Positions 24,982-31,032 of a stretch of 34,479 bases of DNA are shown in pieces. The stretch lies in NCBI GenBank assembly GCA_045642945.1, contig JAZUJV010000145.1:1-34479 (forward strand), in the 5' to 3' direction. The stretch comes from Eubacteriales bacterium. Its GTDB lineage: Bacteria > Bacillota > Clostridia > Oscillospirales > CAG-382. Positions within the stretch are counted from its first letter, which is position 1. Each line of letters opens with the position of its first letter. Under the pieces are notes generated by a model. That model was given only the letters and a program-made list of their open reading frames with translations. It was not told where the DNA came from and did not search any database. The position numbers were made by a program, and so were the translations under genes.

Positions 24982-27495
24982 TTATTCTATCCCGATAACG
25001 TTATATCCCGCTTCCTCGACGGCGGCTTTCAAAACCGCGTCGGCGACCTCTTTTTTAAGCGTTACCGTCGCTTTTTTCTCGACGTGCGAAGCTTTTACGC
25101 TCTCGACGCCGTCTATCGCAAGTAATGCTTTTTCGGTATGCGCTTCGCAATGCGGGCACATCATGCCCTCGATCTTTAAAATTTTCGTCATTTTGTTTTC
25201 CTCTTTTCCCGCTTTGTTTTTTTCGTTTATTTCTTTTACCGTTTCGGTTACGTCGATTTTTTGCTTTTTCGCTCTGCGCGGTTTTCTTATGTCAAAAAGG
25301 TTTAGCCGAAGCGAATTCATCACTACGCAAAAACTCGAAAGACTCATCGCCGCGGCGCATATCATCGGCGAAAGCGTTATCCCGAGCAACTTTTCATAGC
25401 ACCCCGCGGCGAGAGGGATGCAGAGCAGATTATAAAAGAACGCCCAGAATAAATTTTCGTAGATGTTTTTAAGCGTCGCGCGGGAAAGTCTTATCGCGGC
25501 GGGGATATCTTTAAGATTTTCGCGTAACAGCACGATTTCCGCCGAAGCGATCGCGATATCCGTCCCGCTTCCGAAAGCGGCGCCGATATCCGCGACGGTC
25601 AGCGCGGGCGAATCGTTTATCCCGTCGCCGACCATCATCGTTTTTCCGTTCTTTTTCAAAACGCTTACCGCGTCCGCTTTCCCGTTCGGGAGCACCGACG
25701 CGATAATATTTTTTATGCCCGCAAGAGCACCGACGTTCAAAGCCGTTTTTTCGTTGTCGCCCGTCAGCATGACGGTTGCAAGACCTAAATCCTCAAGCTC
25801 GCGCACGGCGTCTTTCGAGCTTTCTTTTATCGCGTCCGCCACGGCGATCATCCCGAAAATTCCGTCCCCGTCCGCGAAGACCGAAACGGTATATCCCTTT
25901 TCGGCAAGCGCGTTTATCTCGGCGCTTATCTCTTTGTCGACGCCGACTTTTTCTCTTATAAAGCCCGCCGACCCGCCGAAAATTTCTTTGTTTTCGATTT
26001 TCGCGCTTATCCCGAAGCCCGAAAAGCTTTTAAAGCTTTCCGCTTCGAAAAGTGCGAGCTTTCTGTTTTCCGCTTCTTTGACTATCGCTTTCGCTATCGG
26101 GTGCTCGCTGTTTTTTTCAATCGACGCGGCGCAGCGTAAAACCGTTTCTTCGTCTTGACGAAGCGCCTTTATAAAAGCGACCTGCGGCTCGCCTTTCGTT
26201 ACCGTGCCGGTTTTGTCGAGAACGACTATATCGGTTTTTCCCGCGTTTTCGAGCGCCGAAGCGCTTTTAAAAAGGATCCCGTTTCTCGCGCCGACGCCGC
26301 TTCCGACCATGATCGCCACGGGCGTCGCCAACCCGAGCGCGCACGGACAGCTTATCACGAGCACCGATATCGCCCTCGCGAGCGCGAAAGATACTTCCCG
26401 CCCGATAATTAGCCATATCACGAGCGTCAAGACCGCGATAAACACCACCGCGGGCACGAAAACCGCCGAAACTTTGTCCGCCGCCTTCGCCACCGGCGCT
26501 TTCGACGCCGAGGAATCCGCCACGGTTTTTATTATTTTCGCAAGCGTCGTGTCCTCGCCCACGCTTTCGGCTCTGCATTTAATATATCCCGAAATATTTA
26601 TCGTCGCGGCGGAAACTCTGTCCCCCGCCGACTTGTCCGCCGGAAGGCTCTCGCCCGTCAGCGCCGATTCGTCTATCGCCGCTTCGCCGCTTATTATCAC
26701 CGCGTCCACAGGCACGCTTTCGCCGGGTCTCACCGCGAAAACGTCGCCGACTTTTACAAATTCCGCGGGGACTTTCGTCTCCTCGCCGTTTTCGTTTATC
26801 AAAGTCGCTTCCGAGGGTTTAAGCTTTATAAGCTCTTTTAAAGCGCCCGTCGTCTTCCCTTTGCTCTTCGCTTCAAGCAATTTTCCGACGGTTATAAGCA
26901 CGAGTATCATCGCCGCGGACTCGAAATAAAAGTCGTTTTTTATATTCGAAGCGTCCCGCCCCGCGTTTTCCTCGATAAACGCCCTTACCACCGCGAAAAC
27001 GCTCCATAAAAACGACGTCAGCGACCCGAGCGATACGAGCGTATCCATATTCGGCGCGAGGTGAATTACCCCTTTTATCCCCGAAACAAAGAATTTTTTG
27101 TTTATTATCATCACGGCGAGCGCCAGAACGCCTTCCGCCGCGCCCAAAAGCCGGATTTCATCAAAAATTTTCGCCTGCGGCAAACCTATCATCGGCCCCA
27201 TCGAAAGATATAAAAGCAGGATAAGGAAGAGCGCGCTCGCGATAAGCCGCCTTAAAAGTATCGGCGTCTCTTTGTCAATAAGCGAGGAGAAAATGTCGTT
27301 TTTCGGCGCCGCGCCGTAGCCCGCGTCCTCGACGGCTTTTATTATTTCGCCGTCCGTCGCGCTTCCTTCGACGGCAAGCGTATTCGTGAGTAAACTCACC
27401 GAGCAATTCTCGACGCCCTTTACCGCTTTTACCGCCTTTTCCACCCGCGCGCTGCACGCCGCGCAGCTCATGCCCGTAACGTCAAACTGCCGCAA
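24982..27495 (-). CDS. copA: copper-translocating P1B-type ATPase with N- and C-terminal HMA domains
   Basis: 837 aa, with a TTG start 9 nt after AAGGAGG. The N-terminal HMA has GMSCAACSARVEKAV. Other motifs are CPC (SCPCALGLATP), DKTGT (LDKTGTVT) and GDGINDSPAL. The C-terminal HMA has GMMCPHCEAHTEKAL. Confidence 0.92.
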   Translation of the reverse strand: MRQFDVTGMSCAACSARVEKAVKAVKGVENCSVSLLTNTLAVEGSATDGEIIKAVEDAGYGAAPKNDIFSSLIDKETPILLRRLIASALFLILLLYLSMGPMIGLPQAKIFDEIRLLGAAEGVLALAVMIINKKFFVSGIKGVIHLAPNMDTLVSLGSLTSFLWSVFAVVRAFIEENAGRDASNIKNDFYFESAAMILVLITVGKLLEAKSKGKTTGALKELIKLKPSEATLINENGEETKVPAEFVKVGDVFAVRPGESVPVDAVIISGEAAIDESALTGESLPADKSAGDRVSAATINISGYIKCRAESVGEDTTLAKIIKTVADSSASKAPVAKAADKVSAVFVPAVVFIAVLTLVIWLIIGREVSFALARAISVLVISCPCALGLATPVAIMVGSGVGARNGILFKSASALENAGKTDIVVLDKTGTVTKGEPQVAFIKALRQDEETVLRCAASIEKNSEHPIAKAIVKEAENRKLALFEAESFKSFSGFGISAKIENKEIFGGSAGFIREKVGVDKEISAEINALAEKGYTVSVFADGDGIFGMIAVADAIKESSKDAVRELEDLGLATVMLTGDNEKTALNVGALAGIKNIIASVLPNGKADAVSVLKKNGKTMMVGDGINDSPALTVADIGAAFGSGTDIAIASAEIVLLRENLKDIPAAIRLSRATLKNIYENLFWAFFYNLLCIPLAAGCYEKLLGITLSPMICAAAMSLSSFCVVMNSLRLNLFDIRKPRRAKKQKIDVTETVKEINEKNKAGKEENKMTKILKIEGMMCPHCEAHTEKALLAIDGVESVKASHVEKKATVTLKKEVADAVLKAAVEEAGYNVIGIE

Positions 27496-27644
27496 AACTT
27501 ACTTTCCTCCTTTCGCGACGATTGTAAAATGGCGCAGACCGCACAAAAAGAAAAATGAAAATTCTTGTCAGTCTGAAATTTCTACCGCTTTTTCGGTAGC
27601 TTTCTCTTATTTTGCACCATTTTTATAAAAAAATCAAGCCTTTT

Positions 27645-27971
27645 AAGAGATAAACGCCTTCGGCGCGATATCAAAAGAGATAAGCGCCTTCGGCGCGATA
27701 TGAGAGATAAACTCGGCTTCGCCGAGTGAGATAAGACTGCTTCGCAGTCGTTAAGGAATATAATTTTTATTATATTTCTTCCTTTTTGAAAAAAGGAAGC
27801 GAAAAACTTTTGAAGCTATATAATAAAAAATCATTTGCGCAAGCAAATGTTCCTTAACTTGCAAATTGCTTGGCAATTTGCAATTATCTCGTTTGCGAAG
27901 CAAACTTATCTCTCATATCGTTCGCGAAGCGAACTTATATCTTTTTTCGTTCGCGAAGCGAACTTATCTCT
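27645..27971. repeat. family-2 hairpin-array repeat, copy a (327 bp, about 11 hairpins, imperfect long palindrome)
   Basis: Left arm: AGAGATAA linkers separate the TTC-loop hairpins GCGCC-TTC-GGCGC, ACTCGGC-TTC-GCCGAGT and GACTGC-TTC-GCAGTC. Centre: AATATAAT-TTTT-ATTATATT, CTTCCTTTTT-GA-AAAAAGGAAG and CATTTGC-GCAA-GCAAATG. Right arm: TTATCTC(T) linkers separate GTTTGC-GAA-GCAAAC and two copies of GTTCGC-GAA-GCGAAC. The first 60 nt match 30601-30660 at 59 of 60 positions. Confidence 0.85.
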
Positions 27972-28012
27972 AAACGCAAAAACGCCGCGAAGCTCCCGCT
28001 CCGCGGCGTTTT
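27972..28012 (-). terminator. Rho-independent terminator after the 28022-28924 gene
   Basis: AACGCCGCG (27981-27989) pairs with CGCGGCGTT (28002-28010). On the minus strand TTTGCGTTT follows. It sits immediately downstream of the stop at 28022. Confidence 0.6.
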
Positions 28013-28021
28013 GATTAAACT

Positions 28022-28924
28022 TTATATCTTCTCTAAAATTATCATACCCTCTGCGTAGCTCAGCCCGTCGTCCGTCAGCTTCATCTCGCAATACGTCGTC
28101 GTTACGCCGTCGATCTCGCGCTCGCTGTGGGTATCGTAATAATATTTCCCGCCGAGCGTTTTCCATTCCGTCTGCTCGATAACGGCGTATTCGCCGCGAA
28201 GCGCGATAATGTCGCCGCCTTCGAGCGCCGCGTCGATTTCTTCCTTCGAAATACCTTCGGGAAGCTTGAAAAGCGTGTTGAGCTTATGGTCCTCGGTGAA
28301 CTCGAAGCGGGACTCGAAGACCTGAAGCCCTTCGGCTATCTCGTCTTCCTCGATTTCGCCCGCGGCAAGCTGTTTTTTAAGGTTCGCCTCGATCTCCTCG
28401 CGGGTGAAAGCGCCGATCTTGTCGTCTATCATCGCGAAGGATTTTTTAACGGCATACGTGCCGACGAGCGTCATGTCGTTTTTATCTTCTTCGCTCGGCT
28501 CGATATCGTTTATGCTCGGCTCTTCGGTAACGTGGCCTTCCTCGATCTTCTTCATCCCGACAGACAAAAATCCTATCGAGAAGCAAAGAAAACCGTCGAC
28601 CATCATAAGCTTTTCGGCGTTGTCGCGGAAGACCCCCTCGGGGATATCCATGAACGCGCCGAGCGTATAGCGGAATTCGATGAATCCCGTCTGTTCCCAT
28701 GTCCCTTTTTCGTCTTTTCCTTCGGCGCCGTTATGAAGAAGCACGGTGTGGTCCTCGAAAAACTCGAAGGTCATATCCGAAAAATCTTTTCCGTCGTCGC
28801 TTTTGAATTCTTTTGCGGGGATGCGCGCAAGATCGTTTGAAAACGCGTTTACGACGAATTCCACCTGCCATTTGCCGCAGATGAGCTTAAGCCCGTCGTG
28901 AAGTTCCGATTTGTCAAGTTCCAT
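28022..28924 (-). CDS. hypothetical acidic cytoplasmic protein with an internal two-module duplication
   Basis: 300 aa with an AGGAGGGTAAAC RBS, no signal peptide and no TM. Two halves share the motif DMTFEFFEDHTVLL / SRFEFTEDHKLNTL. No family recognised. Confidence 0.7.
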   Translation of the reverse strand: MELDKSELHDGLKLICGKWQVEFVVNAFSNDLARIPAKEFKSDDGKDFSDMTFEFFEDHTVLLHNGAEGKDEKGTWEQTGFIEFRYTLGAFMDIPEGVFRDNAEKLMMVDGFLCFSIGFLSVGMKKIEEGHVTEEPSINDIEPSEEDKNDMTLVGTYAVKKSFAMIDDKIGAFTREEIEANLKKQLAAGEIEEDEIAEGLQVFESRFEFTEDHKLNTLFKLPEGISKEEIDAALEGGDIIALRGEYAVIEQTEWKTLGGKYYYDTHSEREIDGVTTTYCEMKLTDDGLSYAEGMIILEKI

Positions 28925-28944
28925 AATTGCGTTTACCCTCCTGA

Positions 28945-29283
28945 TTATTTAATGATTTCTTTAATTCTTTTAAACACTCTTAAAAGCCGCCCGTCCTCGA
29001 TAGTCGAGCATATCGCCCCGTCGCAGAACCTTTCGGCGCGGTAAAACGAAGTAAGCGTCGCGGCGAGCTCTTTTATGTCCATTTCCTCGATCTCTATGCC
29101 CTTTTCCTCGATTTCCTCACAATGCGCGATATAATCGAAGTCGGGATCAAGCAGATAAAGCGCGTTTCCGATCTCGGCGGGATAAGGACACGTCGGCGTC
29201 CATTCGGGCGCTTCACAGCTTTCAAGATACGCTATCGCGTCGTCGAGGATTTTTTTGTTTTCCCCACTCATTTTCGTTTTCAT
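28945..29283 (-). CDS. hypothetical small protein
   Basis: 112 aa, 20 nt upstream of the 28022-28924 gene on the same strand. Cys-containing (ESCEAPEWTPTCPYP, HCEE, FCDGAIC). No family recognised with confidence. Confidence 0.65.
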   Translation of the reverse strand: MKTKMSGENKKILDDAIAYLESCEAPEWTPTCPYPAEIGNALYLLDPDFDYIAHCEEIEEKGIEIEEMDIKELAATLTSFYRAERFCDGAICSTIEDGRLLRVFKRIKEIIK

Positions 29284-29439
29284 CTTTGCTTCCCGCCTTT
29301 CTTTTTTTAAATTATAGCATATAAAAACCGATTTTTATATAGCAAATCGTAAATTTTTATGCGTTCACGCCGAATTTTATTGAATTTTTCCCGAAAATAT
29401 GCTATTGTTTTTAAAAATCACGCATTAACGGAGCGCGAA

Positions 29440-30609
29440 ATGGACGCCGAAGCTTACAAAAAATCAATTTACGCCGACAACGCCGCCACGACGAAGATGA
29501 GCGAGACGGCATTGCGCGCCTATCTTGACTGCGCCGCAAAGGCGTTCGCCAACCCGTCTTCCGACCACGAAGCGGGCATGGAGGCGAAAAAATATCTCGA
29601 AGAGGCGCGAAAAACCGTCAAGGACGCTTTTTCCGCCGCAAACGGAAAAGTCATTTTCACGTCCTGCGGGAGCGAGGCGGTGAACCAGGCCATCCTTTCC
29701 GCCGCGAGATACGGAAAGTCGCTTTGCAAAAAGCATATCATAACCACCTCTTTCGAGCATCACGCCGTTTTAAAAACGGTAAAATCGCTTGAAAATGCGG
29801 GCTTCGAAGCGACCTGTCTGCCCATTCAAAGGAACGGTATCGTGAAGCTCGCCGACGTCGAAAAAGCGTTTCGCGAAGACACGTTTCTCGTAAGCGTCAT
29901 GGCGGTAAACAACGAAATCGGCACGATCCAGCCGATAAAACAAATCGGCAGGCTTTGTAAAAAACACGGCGTGCTTTTCCACGTCGACGGCGTTCAGGCG
30001 GCGGGAAAAATACCGATAAATATCGAGGAATCAAATATCGACTACCTCGCGATATCCGCCCACAAATTCCGCGGGCCGAAAGGCGTCGGAGCGCTGATTG
30101 TTTCCGAAAAAGCGCCGCTGACCCCGCTTATTCTCGGCGGCTCGCAGGAATTTTCGCTTCGCGCGGGGACCGAAAACGTCCAAAGCGTCTATTCTATGGC
30201 GAAAGCGCTTGACGAAGCGATAAAAAATATGGAGCACGACGCCGAATACGTCGCTTCGCTTCGCGACCGCCTCGAAAAAGGGCTTTTACAAATTCCCGGG
30301 ACGGCGGTCAACGGCGACCCGAAAAAGCGTATCCCCGGCACTTTGAATATCGCTTTCCGCGGCGTGAACGGTAAATCGCTTCTCTTTATGCTTGACGCTG
30401 TCGAGCATATCCGCGCTTCCGGCGGCGCCGCCTGCACCTCGGGCGACGGTCAGCCGAGCTATACGTTAAAAGCCATGGGGCTTTCCGACGAGCGCGCCTT
30501 CTCCTCCCTCCGCTTCTCGCTCTCCGCCGATAATACCCCTTCCGACGTCGAACGAATCATCTCCGCCACCGCGCGCTGTGTAGAAAAACTGAAAGAGCAA
30601 AAGAGATAA
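29440..30609 (+). CDS. class V aminotransferase-fold cysteine desulfurase (NifS/IscS family)
   Basis: The start is placed at MDAEAYKKSIYADNAATT (ATG 29440, ACGGAG upstream); the track start at 29359 adds an unlikely 27 aa. It has the PLP-lysine motif ISAHKFRGPKG and the catalytic loop SGGAACTSG. The stop codon TAA (30607-30609) lies inside the first AAGAGATAA unit of repeat copy b. Confidence 0.88.
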   Translation: MDAEAYKKSIYADNAATTKMSETALRAYLDCAAKAFANPSSDHEAGMEAKKYLEEARKTVKDAFSAANGKVIFTSCGSEAVNQAILSAARYGKSLCKKHIITTSFEHHAVLKTVKSLENAGFEATCLPIQRNGIVKLADVEKAFREDTFLVSVMAVNNEIGTIQPIKQIGRLCKKHGVLFHVDGVQAAGKIPINIEESNIDYLAISAHKFRGPKGVGALIVSEKAPLTPLILGGSQEFSLRAGTENVQSVYSMAKALDEAIKNMEHDAEYVASLRDRLEKGLLQIPGTAVNGDPKKRIPGTLNIAFRGVNGKSLLFMLDAVEHIRASGGAACTSGDGQPSYTLKAMGLSDERAFSSLRFSLSADNTPSDVERIISATARCVEKLKEQKR

Positions 30610-31013
30610 ACGCCTTCGGCGCGATATCAAAAGAGATAAACGCCTTCGGCGCGATATGAGAGATAATTGACGCTCCGCGTCAAGAGATAAGACTGCTTCG
30701 CAGTCGTTAAGGAATAAATTTTTATCGTATATCTTCCTTTTTGAAAAAAGGAAGCGAAAAACTTTCAAAGCTATACAATGAAAATCCATTTGCGGTAGCA
30801 TTTGTACCTTAACGTTTGCGAAGCAAACTTATCTCGCTCGGCGAAGCCGAGTTTATCTCTCATATCGTTCGCGAAGCGAACTTATCTCTTTCATTCGCGT
30901 CAGCATTTGTACCTTAACGACTGCCAAGCAGTCTTATCTCGCTCGGCGGAGCCGAGTTTATCTCTCATATCGTTTGCGAAGCGAACTTATCTCTTTCGTT
31001 CGCGCAAGCGAAT
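30601..31013. repeat. family-2 hairpin-array repeat, copy b (413 bp, right arm tandemly duplicated)
   Basis: The linker scaffold is the same as in copy a. The third left-arm hairpin is replaced by TTGACGC-TCC-GCGTCAA. The right arm is present twice with a 105-bp period (30798-30902 and 30903-31007). Linkers are identical between the two units but the first hairpin differs (GTTTGC-GAA-GCAAAC versus GACTGC-CAA-GCAGTC). Confidence 0.85.
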
Positions 31014-31032
31014 ATACATAAAGGAGCAAGCT

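Noticed and set aside
25463-26929. 231-aa and 241-aa + strand ORFs antisense to copA
   Set aside because: Ser/Ala/Phe-rich low-complexity products antisense to an unambiguous P-type ATPase.
28127-28840. 237-aa + strand ORF antisense to the 300-aa hypothetical gene
   Set aside because: The minus-strand ORF has an RBS, a terminator and an internal repeat structure. The + ORF has none of these and has shadow-type composition.
27645-31013. Possible CRISPR array, given the regularly spaced short repeats (AGAGATAA plus palindromes)
   Set aside because: The repeat unit is only 8-9 nt. The variable parts are themselves perfect hairpins of 13-17 nt rather than 30-40 nt spacers. The array is an imperfect palindrome, and there are no cas genes. 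This is not CRISPR architecture.
30802-31032. 77-aa N-terminal extension of the GDPD ORF (track start 30802), plus the 62-aa ORF at 27870-28058
   Set aside because: Both read through the family-2 hairpin repeat. Their peptide repeats (ANLSLISFAKRTY...) simply mirror the DNA repeats. A strong RBS and signal peptide define the real start at 31033.
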